A stretch of 64,000 nucleotides of DNA from Octopus sinensis (lineage: Eukaryota): contig NC_043002.1 of the NCBI RefSeq assembly GCF_006345805.1, forward strand, positions 42,470,001 to 42,534,000. The letters run 5' to 3'. Both the position numbers and the translations under genes were made by a program. Below the pieces are notes generated by a model that worked only from the letters and a program-made list of their open reading frames with translations, ran no database searches and was not told where the DNA came from. Below, piece after piece: positions 49,313 through 62,489 of this stretch (position 1 is the first letter of the stretch; each line of letters opens with the position of its first letter).

Positions 49313-52300
49313 GTAAGTATTAGTGCATTGTCAAGAAAGGTTGGTGGAAGAAGACAAGAAAGGTTGATTGTGCTAGTATACAGATGAGATTTTTCTTAGT
49401 TATTCTGATTAGTTTTGGTTTGTAGCATAAATTGGAAATAAGTACTGTTTAGAGAATGATTGTTTTTAAGCTAGTCCAAGAACTTGATACTTCTCAGCAT
49501 TCACCAGTTGTGTGCTATCTTTATACATGCATGAGTGGTTGGACACAGCTAAATACAGACTACAAAAGGAATTCTTTTTAATCATTGTTTGACCAGACAG
49601 TCTGAATAAGTTATAAGCAGCTAGAATCCTAAGATCTTGCTAAGCATTTGGTATATTTTTCAGTTAAGTTTTTGCTTTAAACTGAAGATGTATAAAACTG
49701 TGGTTGTTACATCTATCCCAAACCATTGTGAAATCTGCATTCTGAAATTCCAGAAGCTATCCTGTGTCTAGGATACAAACACATTTGCAGTCAGTCAGAT
49801 AAATATATTTACAATACCATATTCCCAATAAAGTCTTTGACAGTGCTTGACCTACAAGCATTGAAAATAAAATTCTCTCAGTGAAATTTCATAGGTGTGG
49901 CCATTTTATTTGTATGAAATAAGAATTCAGAATCTCTAGACAATTTGTGAAATGATTAATAGAAACTATTAAGATACCCAAGAAAGGGACAAAAGCAACA
50001 TCGAGAAAGTAGGCCTTAAACGACAAACTTTTAGTATGTCCTCTGAAACAGTATCATTATATCATGAGAACAAAAAGCTAAAGCCATGTCATTTTCAATA
50101 TTACTGATCTATACTTATTCTACCTAGAGACTGTTTATGCTCATTTCAAATTGCCTAAACTGAGATCCACTTAACCAAAGCAAGAAGTGTTACTACATAT
50201 GATTATTCGTCTCAGTAAATGATACACTGGGACTGGCTCCCACTGTTTGGAACTTTAAAATTTTATAGAAATTGGTGAAATTTTGATGCTTTCTTTCTTC
50301 TGGATTGTGACTGGGTCAAGGAACTACTCTCAATGGTTTTAGTCAATCAGCTTTACCTCCAGTATTTAGCTGTTTGATAAAATAAATACCAGAATGAAAT
50401 ACTTTTGATATGGAAAGATGTCAACACATACACACACAGATTCTGTTTTCCAAATTATACTTCCAATATATTAGCCAACCTGGACTTAAAGTAGAAGACA
50501 TTTACAACAGGTGCCATACAGTAAGATGAGATTCAAAACTACATGGTTACATGCAGACTTCTTAATATATGCCTGTATGTTTAGGGCCTATTTTTTTCCT
50601 TAAGTACATTGCTAAGAAAGTAAAGCAGTTTTAACTGAGGATTGAAACAGCTGTTGTGGAGATTAATTTTAGTATGTTTGTTGAATTTGCTTATTTACTA
50701 TAAAGCACTGTTCATTTACTCCTCATCCTGATGACTGTAACAACTCTACCAAAGAGACCAAGTGAGATATACAGTCCAAAAGTAATACTATGTATATGAA
50801 GAATGAATTGGTGTTGAAAAAAATGTCAATGAATTAGAGCCAATAGTGAAATGTAAGGGTATGTAGTAGCACTTTGGATATCAAAATAATGATAAGCATT
50901 TTAATGCAGGAAATAAAAACCAGTCAGAGGAAACTAGTTGTGATCTACATTGGCAAGAATCATTTAATAAAGTTCACATAAATTTCTATGCCATAGAGAG
51001 ACATGAATATTGACTATTGCTGTAGGGGGACCTGAATATTTGAACAGAGTATTTCTTCAATTGAAGAGAGTTATCTCTTCTATTTAGGAACAATATGTTA
51101 TGTTAAGTATATTATGCAGAAAATGTGAAATATAGTGTAACCATGTTCAAACATTTTGAATGCATACCTAGTATGATTATATTGATTGAGCATAAATTGG
51201 AAGCAAACTAGAAATATTTAATTGTGCCTTAGAGGGATTTAGTTAATGTCTTGTACTTTTAGGGTTTTCCCTTTACTATCATATTGACTTGGGCATTAAT
51301 GTTGATATACTTTATTATCTTTCCATTTAATCTATTGTGAAATGATTCAATCTTGGCACTATTAACTACCGAGTAATGTGTTCATTTCCCATTAGGTTCA
51401 ATGAATTATTTTCTCTTATCAGCTGTGATTCTAAATATTTGGTCAGGGCATGTTCAATGAGATATGAAAGTATATGAATGTAAACCTCTTTAGCTGATTC
51501 AGACATTGACTCTTTTTCCCAATCACTAAATCAGTGATGCCAATTATCATTGTACTTTCAACAATCACATATCCAGAAAGTTGAGTTTTTTTCATTATGG
51601 TATACTATTTTAAATTTCCATCAACTTCTAAATTTTCAAGAAATTTTTAAAGTGAACTGTGTTAGAATAAAAAGAGTGCATTTTTATGAGATTTTTAGTT
51701 CTAAAGGAGAGGATTAACCAATTGTCCTATGAAGAATTTCTTACCCATTTATATTAGAAGTGTTCTCCTTGTTAAATATCCCAAGCACACTTAACCAGCT
51801 CAATCCTATAGAAAACTGTAATATTGTTTCTATTATTACTCTACAAATATACCCCTTCAGATGGCCAATATTTTATAGGGACTGACAACTGGAAGAGCCA
51901 AGTCATTAAGAGCTCTGGTTCACAATATTACTTGGAAAGTAGCCCAGACATTGTTGCTGAATAAAGACATAGGTCTGTTTGAAGACCTTTGCCATGCTGG
52001 AACTGATAGGATCTGAACCTGGGATACAAGGGACTAATGTTTTTCAGTTGTATTGTTTGAACATGTTCTTTTTTTTAGCCAATGAATGGCTTAGGCATTG
52101 ATACCATATTGTTTTCAAATGTAATCTAATGTTGCAATGAATACTTAGATTTAATTGCAACAAATATTGGCTACATGAAGACTCATCAGCATCTTAGAGT
52201 GATAACTAATAATATGATGGCTGTAGCATGCTAAAGGCTAAAAAAATTGATCTTATTGGTTTTATAAAAGTAACATTAAAGATATTCATTTTACCAAGCA

Positions 52301-53159
52301 TGCAGGTAATATGGCTGATAAATTAATTACTTTCACATTCTTTAAAAAATATTGTTAAAAAAAAAGTAAAGCTCAATGTTGAAAGGAAGAAACTAATCTA
52401 GAGTTAAATATAACAAGTGCCTATGCTGTTTTATTCTGAAGTACAAATTTCTATTGAAGAGAAAACCTTGTTATTATGACAAACAAAAGATTATTTAGAT
52501 AAGACATTCTAGTTTAACTTTTAATTGAACAGATATGGTAAAACTGGACTGTATCAAATAAGTGTATGAAGAAGTTTTCTGTAGCCAAGATATCTGAATA
52601 GTTTGATTACACAAGGATAATATCGACAGCTAAACAAATGAAACCTTACACAGTATTGGATTAAGAGTATGGCATGTAATATGTACAGACTTGAAAATAC
52701 AAGTTAATTAGCTTTTGGTTTTTCCATCTCTGTCTCAGTGGTTAAGAACAGATAAAGTCATTAAATTACAAGCTAGATAGCCTGTACATGTAGTCAGATG
52801 TTCTCTGCCCACAATGATTATGATAAGATAATACACTTGTTGTTTTGTTGCGATGCAATTTGCAAAGTAAATGTAAAAGATTGAGAGGTGACTATAAAAA
52901 CCATTTCAGTTGCCAGGCACCATTAAAATACAATAAATATTTTGGATTTTTTGTAGACCTTATCACCATAGTTTGATTTTGGGAAGTTAAATTCATGCAA
53001 AACCAATGGATAAACAATTCAAATGCAGAGTATGTTAAACTGTCCGAATGCTGATAAGTAGCTACAGGGAAGTTTAAAAATTCTGTTTTAAAAGTTTTCA
53101 GGTTAAATCAGTTGAGTTGTATGTACACACACAGCATGATTAAGGGATCATACATTCTA

Positions 53160-54650
53160 TGTTTATTTCTCTAGAAGTAGTTGATAGCTTCCGTTATTTT
53201 GGTGACCAAGTCAGTAGTGGGGGTGGGTGTGCTGAAAGTGTAACGGCTAGAGTAAGAATAGCCTGGGCAAAGTTTAGGGAGCTCTTACCTCTGTTGGTGA
53301 CTAAAGGCCTCTCGCTCAGAGTAAAAGGCAGACTGTATGATGCATGTGTACGAACAGCCATGCTACATGGCAGTGAAACATGGGCCGTGACTACTGAGGA
53401 CATGCGTAAGCTCGTGAGAAATGAAGCTAGTATGCTCCGTTGGATGTGTAATGTCAGTGTTAATAGTCGACAGAGTGTAAGTACCTTGAGAGAAAAGTTG
53501 GACCTAAGAGGCATCAGATGTTGTGTGCAAGAGAGACGATTGCGCTGGTATGGTCATGTGGTGAGAATGGATGAAGATAGGTGTGTGAAAAGGTGCCACA
53601 CCCTGGCAGTTGAGGGGACCTGTGGAAGAGGTAGACCCAGGAAAACCTGGGTCGAGGTGGTGAAGCACGACCTTCGAACTCTAGGTCTCACCAAGGAAAT
53701 GACCAGAGACCGAGACCTATGGAAGTATGCTGTGCGTGAGAAGACCCGGCAAGACCAGTGAGAACAATCAAAATCAAATCATATATCAGAAAGCAGGGGT
53801 TAAGTGACCCATCCGTTCGTGTCCGCTGTCAGCCTCGTCTGGCACCCGTGCCGGTGATACGTAGAAGCACCATTCACTCGTGGCCGTTTGCCAGCTCTGC
53901 CTGGCCTCCGTGTCGGTGGCACGTAAAAGCACCATCCGTTCGTGTCCGTTGCCAGCTACGGCTGGCCCCCATGCCAGTGACACGTAAAAGCACCGTCCGT
54001 TCGTGGCCGTTTGCCAGCTCTGTCTGGCAACCGTGTCGGTGGCACGTAAAAGCACCATCCGTTCACGTCCGTTGCCAGCCTCGGCTGGCCCCCGTGCCGG
54101 TGACACGTAAAAGCACCGTCCGTTCGTGGCCGTTTGCCAGCTCTGTCTGGCCCCGTGCCGGTGACACGTAAAAGCACCATCCGTTCGTGGCCGTTTGCCA
54201 GCTCTGTCTGGCAACCGTGTCGGTGGCACGTAAAAGCACCATCCGTTCGCGTCCGTTGCCAGCCTCAGCTGGCCCCCGTGCCGGTGACACGTAAAAGCAC
54301 CGTCCGTTCGTGGCCGTTTGCCAGCTCTGTCTGGCCCCGTGTCGGTGGCATGTAAAAGCACCATCCGTTCGTGTCCGTTGCCAGCATCGCCTGGCCCCGT
54401 GCCGGTGACACGTAAAAGCACCATCCGTTCGTGGCCGTTTGCCAGCTCTGTCTGGCACCTGTGCAGGTGGCACGTAAAAAACACCCACTACACTCGCGGA
54501 GTGGTTGGCGTTAGGAAGGGCATCCAGCCGTAGAAACACTGCCAGATTTGACTGGGCCTGACGAAGCCTTCCAGCTTCACAGACCCCAGTTGACCCATCC
54601 AACCCATGCTAGCATGGAAAGCGGACGCTAAATGATGATGATGATGATAC
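53160..54650 (+). mobile_element. Relatively young 5'-truncated RTE LINE: intact C-terminal 200-aa ORF segment, 61-bp minisatellite in the 3' UTR, (ATG)n tail
   Basis: ORF 53159-53761 (FRYFGDQ...LHGSETWAVT...RRLRWYGHVVRM...GRGRPRKTW) is typical of RTE ORF C-termini. The tail ends gatgatgatgatgat at about 54648. Confidence 0.92.
53810..54485 (+). repeat. GC-rich 60-62-bp minisatellite, ~11 copies, two alternating variants
   Basis: gta(a/g)aagcacc recurs at 53861, 53923, 53984, 54046, 54107, 54168, 54230, 54291, 54352, 54412 and 54474. Confidence 0.95.
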
Positions 54651-54658
54651 ACACACAT

Positions 54659-55225
54659 ATCATCATTTAACGTCTGCTTTCCATGCTAGCATGGGTTGGA
54701 CAATTTGACTGAACCAGATGGCTGCACCAGACTCCAATCTAATCTGGCCGAGTTTCTACAGCTGGATGCCCTTCCTAACACCAACCGAGAGTGTAGTGGG
54801 TGCTTATATGTGCCACCAGCACGAGGGCCAGTCAGGCAGTACTGGCAACGGTCATGCTCAAATTGTGCTTTTTATGTGCCACCTGCACAGGAGCCAGTCC
54901 AGCGGCACTGGCAATGACCTCACTCGAATGTTTTTTCACATGCCACCAGTACAAGTACTTGTAAGGTAACGCAGGTAACGATCACGCTCGAATGGTGTTT
55001 TTAATGTGCCATCGGCACAGAGGCCAGCTTGTTGCTCTGGCAACGATCTCACTTGCATGGTACTCTTAGTTCTCCACTAGCATGGATGCCAGTCATCGAA
55101 TTTGATTTTGATTTCACTTGCCTCAATAGGTCTTTGTAAGCAGTGTTTAGTGTCCAATGAAGGAAAGGCACACAAGTAGACTGGTTACACCCCTGGCAAA
55201 GGCCACAAGGTTATGGTCTCATTTG
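54659..55225 (-). mobile_element. RTE 3'-UTR-only copy, tail-to-tail with the preceding element, with ~4 diverged ~60-bp units
   Basis: Reverse complement of the same tail (ggatgcccttcctaacaccaacc) and of the units (ggtgcttttatgtgccacc...). Confidence 0.8.
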
Positions 55226-55650
55226 CATATATATATACATACATATATATATATATATATATATCCATTAGTGTTGTCAACACTTCATGTGTGCATACAT
55301 ACAGTCAACCTGTACCAGCAAGCAATGTGTAATCTGATGTCAAATTTGTTAATCCAATTTTTTAAACTAATTTGGGGGGGGGGTAAATAAAAGATAATAC
55401 TGAATAAATTCAAAAATACCATACATCTTTTGAATTCTTGGATATAGCAATTCAAGAATATTATTTCTAAAAAGATCAAAAGATGAAACTACAATTAGAT
55501 AGCATTGGATTTATTCAGTGTTGGCTTTTATTTACTCAACTATTGTCCTCTTTTTAGCACTGTGTAAACTGTTGTCTGTTTAGACATTGTATAATTATTT
55601 CTATTTTCTTTTTCTTTTTTGTCAGTAATCATCACCATTAAGAGTTTATA

Positions 55651-55946
55651 GTGGAGGCACATGGCCTAGTGGTTAGAGCAATGGACTCGCGGTTGAGGGA
55701 TCACAGGTTCGAATCTCAGACCAAGTAATGTGTGTGTTTATGAGCAAAACACCTAAGCTCCACATGGCTCCAGCAGAAGGTAATGGTGAACTTCTGCTGA
55801 GTCTTTCACCACAACTTTCTCTCACTCTTTCCTCCTGCATCTAGCAGCTCACCTGCGACAGACCAGCGTCCCGTCCAGGTGGGGAACCTATCCGCCAATG
55901 AAACCAGCCCTTATGAACCAGGCATGGCTTGAGAAGAAATAAACAA
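55651..55946 (+). mobile_element. tRNA-derived SINE (third family)
   Basis: tRNA-like head tggcctagtggttagagc...ggttcgaatc followed by an unrelated ~220-bp body and an A-rich end. Confidence 0.7.
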
Positions 55947-55989
55947 GAGTTTATAAGTTTCAGATGCATTTAGAGGATAATTTTCATTC

Positions 55990-56430
55990 ATTGGTTCTGT
56001 ATGAATGTAACATGACCAAACATGAGCTATAACTTTATTTCCTATTGAAGAGGAATATTTATAATAACATGGCTGTGGAATAGTGTTATAAATATTCCTG
56101 ATCAATGGGAAATATTCATGGATAGGGAAGAACAAATAGTGTATATCTACAGGTGTTCTTTCCTGGAAAAACATCCTTCCAAGGAAGATACAACAAGCTC
56201 CTTAAAGTATCAGACACTATTAGAGAAAGAAGAATTTGCTTTGCTGAGTATTAGAGAACTAAAAAGGTGTTGGTTAGTGACATCCTACTGAGAATACTTT
56301 GAAATGGTTGTCCTACAAAGACACCAATCAATTTAAGCTTGATGATACTCAGTATCATGAGAGGAATTATCAAATACCTTGAAAGAAAGTGAGTGGGTAT
56401 TAGGGTCATGAAAAACTCCAAGCAAGCTTG
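55990..56430 (+). mobile_element. Very old RTE-like LINE C-terminal fragment
   Basis: Broken frames give SWKKHPSKE, KLLKVSDTIRERRICFAEY and LVSDILL, resembling RTE-X-type ORF ends by recognition. Confidence 0.45.
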
Positions 56431-57474
56431 ACCTACTCATGAGAATGAAATCAACAGAAGCTTTTCACACCTTCCTTAAAGTTTTGATAACTTTTCTCAC
56501 AAGAATTAGGTATTCTTCAATTTTGCCTATTCATACAAACCAGGGGAAAAAAAATGAAAATTCTTTCAGAATGGTGAAAGAAGAACATGCTAATATACTA
56601 AAGGTTACCAGTCTTTCACATCAAGCAATATCTACTTTGCACTTCCAATAAGTTGGAATATTCAGAATACATGTACAGAAAACAACATCGAACCACACTG
56701 TGTAATAGACAATGAATCTGGAATGGTAAGAACTAGAACACTGAAGCAGGCAATGATTTTGATGAAATCTACAAATATAGTGAGAAAATGTGTTAGATTG
56801 ATGATTTTAGCTTCTACTTAGCTTCAACTGAATTTTTACTAGAACCTGTCAGCAGAAACTGAATTGGCTTTTGTCATACATTTTAAAATAATATTAAGAC
56901 CAGAGGTTGAGTTGATTAAAGGTATTGATTTGTGTGGAAACACCTATTAACACGTTATTAGAAACACTGATCAAGTGGTTAAGACATGTAACTAAAACCC
57001 TTCTCTTTCCAAAGACTAAGTCCTTTGTTGATGATGGAATGTGAAGCTATCCACAGAAGCCAAGTAATAAGGGAGTTGAAATGAGTTGTGGGCACAAGTT
57101 GCACACTGAAAACTAGCTTATTTGTATGGGGTATCTTAAATACAAATGGTATTACAACAAATGATCCAACTCTCAATGCCTTCCTTATAGTCTAGTGGAA
57201 AACTATGCAACTCATACAAAATTTAATCATAGTTTAACTCTTGATACTAACTCGGGACCACCTCTCATTCTCTGGTACCAACTCTCTGTTTTAAAGTGAT
57301 CTAAATTAAAAGTTTCAAATTTTCAAGTTAATTCATGTTCCAAACAATGTTCCAGCACAATTATGACTGCCATTTTACTAAATTCTTCATAACTTTCAAA
57401 ATTAATTGAAACAAAAGTAGTATATTTCAACAAAATATGGTAACAAAATGTTTAAGGAAGATCTAGAGAGAACC

Positions 57475-57873
57475 TTTCTTTTATTCTTTTATTTGTTTCA
57501 GTCATTTGACTGCGACCATGGTGGATCATCACCTTTAGTTGAGCAAATCGACCCCAGGACTTATTCTTTGTAAGTCTAGTCCTTATTCTCTCAGTCTCTC
57601 CTGCTGAACCGTTAAGTGATGGGGACATAAACACACCAGCATCGGTTGTCAAGCGATGTTGGGGGGACAACACAGATACACAAACATATACATACATATA
57701 TATATTATATATGACCAGCTTCTTTTGTTTCCGTCTACCAAATCCACTCACAAGACTTTGGTCGGCCCGAGGCTATAGTAGAAGACACTTGCCTAAGGTG
57801 CCACGCAGTAGGACTAAACCCAGAACCATGTGGTTGGTAAGCAAGCTACTTAGCACACAGCCACTCCTGTGCC
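57475..57873 (-). mobile_element. tRNA-derived SINE (family A), minus strand
   Basis: Reverse complement of the 58404-58788 copy. Confidence 0.88.
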
Positions 57874-58403
57874 TATACCTATCAATGTTATTATCAAAGA
57901 TGTGACAAAGACTCAATGTTAATAAGTTTATAGTCTAATAATTGCATATGTTAATCATCATACATAATAATTTCTTGCATAAGGCCATCAATTTTTGTAG
58001 GGAAAGCATATGGTTGATTGCATTAACCTCTCTACTTACAATTTCTTAACTGGCTAGCAGTATTTAATTTCAGTCTACAATCCTATGCATAATGAGTTCA
58101 AATTCCACCAAGATCGACTATACTATTCATCCTTTCAAAGTCAAATAAATAAAGTACCTTTCAATTATTACGATTGATTTAAATTCCTGCAATGCATCCC
58201 TAGATGAAAATGGAAAATATAACAGAAGAGAAGCTGCGAGATCAAAGTTAATCTCACTCAGAACATTGAACATGCACGTTTGGGCATCCAGCTTGTCACT
58301 TTGTTTCAAGTTTAAGTTTCAAACACATACAGACGCACAGCAACATTTCCAACACAGTTCTCTTGATATCAATACTAACAACATAAAAATTATAAAGGAA
58401 AAA

Positions 58404-58788
58404 GTAGGAGTGGCTGTGTGGTAAGTAGCTTGCTTATGAACCACATGGTTCCAGGTTCAGTCCCACTGCATGGCACCTTGAGCAAGTGTCTTCTACTATA
58501 GCTTCGGGCTGACCAAAGCCTTGTGAGTGGATTTGGTAGACGGAAACTGAAAGAAGCCTTCGTATATATGTATGTGTGTGTGTATTCGTTGTGTGTCTGT
58601 GTTTGTCCCCCCAACATCGCTTGACAACCGATGCTGGTGTGTTTACGTCCCCGTAACTTAGCGGTTCGGCAAAAGAGACCGATAGAATAAGTACTAGGCT
58701 TACAAAGAATAAGTCCTGGGTCGATTTGCTCGACTAAAGGCTGTGCTCCAGCATGGCCACAGTCAAATGACTGAAACAAGTAAAAGAG
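58404..58788 (+). mobile_element. tRNA-derived SINE (family A), full length
   Basis: gtaggagtggctgtgtggtaagtagcttgc...gactgaaacaagtaaaagag. Confidence 0.9.
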
Positions 58789-61695
58789 AATGTTTGTTTA
58801 GTTGTTTTATTTGGCTGAATCATTTCCAGTGGCAACAAGAAACATCAGTTTTAAACATTTAATACATAATACATCAAAATTTATCCCTGCATACCTTCAT
58901 TTTGAGTTGTTTTTTTCTTTTTTTGACCAAGAACATATTTCTCCTATTTTCACATCTTACCAGACGATCGCTTTCCCATTTTCTTTTTCAACATTGATCT
59001 GAAAACCTTCGTTTCGTATTTCTCGATATATAGTTTGTATTACGCATTATTTTTACTTAATACTTAATTTTAAAAAATAAATACGAAAATTAATTTAATG
59101 TTTTTTTCTAAATTAGAAATAAGCAATAAAAAAACTTATAGTGATAAGAAATATGAGCGAGTCTATATTCACACGTCAATACAGTCATCCGAATTCCACA
59201 ACACTATAAAATGACAGCATTCCGATTATAGCAATTCAATTAAACACTGTTAACGTTTTCGTTACGCCTATCAGTTTTCCATAGAAGAAAAAAAACTCTT
59301 TGGTATTCTTTCGTTACAAACAGCTAGTGTACCTTGGACAACAAAATGCAGTTCCCTCTTTTTAAAGATGGTAGATATAATTTCAAGGAGATTAGGATTG
59401 TTGTTTCTAGCAGAGTATATTAAGAGTACTTATTCTATCGATATTAACGACAGCTTTTATTTTCTCCAGTTTAGAAGTCGTGTGTCACTAGATTCTGTTT
59501 AAAAGTTACATAGCGTCTTGTTTCGTACAAAATGAATTATAAATGATTCACCGAATTAAAAAAATTTATGGAAGATTTAATAAAATCCAAAATCCAATGA
59601 AATTCGTTACTGTGTGTATAGGAAATAATTCAATCAATTTGAGGTCTCGATAAGAGCAAGGAAGAGTGTATAAAGAACTTCGAGGAATGTCACTCGGAAA
59701 ATGGTTGTTGGATATCAGCTTCAAGTATCGGGAACCTTTACCTAAGTATGGAAATAATCATTAATCCAATGAGTTTTCATTGTTAAAAAAAAAAGGTTTA
59801 ATTCTCTTAAAACTATGTTGGCTATGTGTTATTCGACGGACGGATGAGCGCATATAGCGTAAGTCAACGTAGCGACCCAGCACTAACGAAACATTTATCG
59901 ATTTTACTATGCCCAATTTGTATTTTCCCCTGACGATAGATGAACAAGTTCATGAAAAATTGAACTGAGTAGTAACATTATATGAACCGCTGGTTTTTAC
60001 AAGCTCGTAATATGTAATACAGGTAGTAAACAAAAATAAAATTGAACAGAGTGGTGACATTTAGTTGAGATGACCTGGAAGTTGTTGCTCTTCGATTACT
60101 ATCGCAAACAGTAGTAGCTTTCTTCAAGTGAATACAAGTCGTTGATTGGTAAAAATTACCCAAATACGACAACTTTAACACGAAATAACTTCTAAAATAC
60201 GAAATTTTGTCAAAAATGTTGAAAGTAAACCGTGTTCAGCATGAGAAATTACACCAGCATACGAAGTTTCAATAAAAAAAATCTGTGAGCGAAACTGAAC
60301 AGATCCCTTTCTAGATATATGATACCATTATTCAATGTATTCTTCCTATGAGCCACAGAAAGAAGCCTGTTGGTGATTGCTTGACCTGGTGGAAATAGGA
60401 GACAACTTTCCCTCAAATCACGTCAGACCAATGCATTCGATTAAAAATTGTACAAGGTGGAGCCCCAGCACGGTCACAGTCTAATTATTAAAAAACAAGT
60501 AAAAGATAAATGATACTCTTCTAAAAATCTGCTTTTTTATGCTTAACATGTTCAGAAATTAAAATCCTTGTACTCTAAATAGATAGTTGGGCGATGATCA
60601 AAACTTCTGTTATCAGTGCCTGAAAACAATGTCCGTCTGACGGTGTGTAGATAATGGTATAGACTATCTTTGGAAAACGTGGGTACGTAGAATGGTGCAC
60701 TGAAATGGCTCAACCGAGATTCCGGTTTATTTAATTCCTACTCTGTTCACAAGGAACTGAGTATCAGTGGGCTCTAACATACTTGATTTAGTGAACCGCA
60801 AAAATTTTATTAAAATCATACACTGCGGTCTGAGAAAAAGTTATTATCTAAGTGACCAATTCCTGAGCAAAAAAAAAAAAAAAAGCAGCGGAAACAGACC
60901 TGGGATGGATTTTTTCAGTTTGGTTGCTAGCGCCTCCAAAAATTAAAGCTTACCGAAATTTTTTAATTCGACACAATAATACACTTGTCCAAACTAAATT
61001 GCTGGAGTAATTTCATTTTTTTTTCTGGAAAATATTTTAAAATAGTTACAGAGGTTTAAAGTTTGATCATTTTTCATCCAGTCAAGAAATAGGGTTTGGA
61101 AGCTGTCATTTTGTGCGTGACAGCACATTTTGTCGTCAACAATCTGAAAATAGCATGTAATTTTCTTTCATGTAAATAAATGTTTGTGTTAATTTAAAAG
61201 ATTTATCCAAGAAATCTTATTTAGCAGTTATTTTTAGCACACTTCACAACCACCTCAATGCTCAATGAAAGAAAGAAACCATAATAAAAACGAAGTTACA
61301 GGAGTTTGCTGCTATAATCACACAGAACACAGCGTCAAATTTGTCAACACGTACTTCCTCGAAGATAAAAGATTTTTCAAAGACTGCTGCCAACACATAC
61401 TTCATTGCAGATAAATGACGTTTCAAAGACTGTTACTACGGCAACAAGCAAAAGAGTTCTTATGTTCCGCTTCTTACTATTGAAACAGCCATGAATGTGT
61501 CTGTGGCTTAAGATGGCTAGAATTACCAAAATTTTCAAACTTTAATTACTGGTAACTCTTAACTTACTGATTTATAGAGAAAATTACTTTCATGTCATTA
61601 ATTAGCCGATAAAAGTATATTATTACACTGAATATGAAATCAATTTGAACGAAAAAATGACGCTGGCAACCAAACAGAAAAGATCCTCTGAGGAT

Positions 61696-61842
61696 CACTA
61701 GTGTAGATAGGTATGGGGGGGGGCGGTACTTTTAAAGGGGCACCACTTTTGGGTCTGACATAGACAATGTGTTTTTTGTGGGGTCCGGGGGCGGAAAACG
61801 GAAGGGCCGCCGCGGGCAGCACACACTCTAGGTACGCTAGTG
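61696..61842. mobile_element. GC-rich MITE-like insert with imperfect terminal inverted repeats
   Basis: cactagtgtagatagg ... tctaggtacgctagtg (12/16 match as an inverted repeat), with a sharp GC contrast against the flanks. No convincing TSD. Confidence 0.4.
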
Positions 61843-62489
61843 CCCGAGATGTAAATTAATTAAAAATTAATTAAAAATAGATTTCGGTGGAGGAGGTGAA
61901 TCTGATTTTTTCTTTTTATTGAATGGTGTTAATTCAACGACATATTTTTTACATTACTGGATTTTATTAATATAATCGTCACCGCTTATCTCAAAATAGC
62001 TGGAGATATATCAGTTTCTCTACTGATTGAAGCACCCGTTTGACTTAATTTTCCATGGAGCAGATAAATCTGGATATTTTTTCCAGTCATACTTTTAAGC
62101 AAAAAGTAAATAAATGCAACCGCCATCGTTAACTCCAGTGAATATTCCACTTGTTCAAGCGACAAAACAACTGACTCGTTGAATTATAGATGTATACAGT
62201 TGCATATTCGCAACGCTTGGTTCGACCCAAACTTACAGCCGAAGGTTGGAACACAGACTTTCACTACAATATTGTGAAGTGAACCATCATAGCACCATAC
62301 TTCCCAAATATCTATGTACAAAGCAGAATCTCCACCCACTACGTTACTTATATTTTGGCCTGTTGATACTGAACGTACACTTGAGTGAAATTCCTCTCCT
62401 CTCCATTATACATACATACGAACGTAGTAGATAACAGCTAGCCTTTGGACACATCTTGGACCCTGTTGTGTCCACTACTCTGACTGGTT

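Noticed and set aside
53810-54485. CRISPR-like array
   Set aside because: Units are contiguous near-identical repeats with no unique spacers, there are no cas genes, and the array lies inside a eukaryotic LINE.
53758-54602. Several 70-230-aa ORFs on both strands
   Set aside because: By-products of the GC-rich 61-bp array, with frames shifting at each unit.
54559-54625. CTGACGA hammerhead-ribozyme-like core in the RTE tail
   Set aside because: No stem II followed by GAAA in the right position, and other tail copies read ctggtgcag here, so it is a point variant.
55651-55730. tRNA gene
   Set aside because: A and B boxes are present, but I could not fold a full cloverleaf with an acceptor stem, and it continues into a SINE body.
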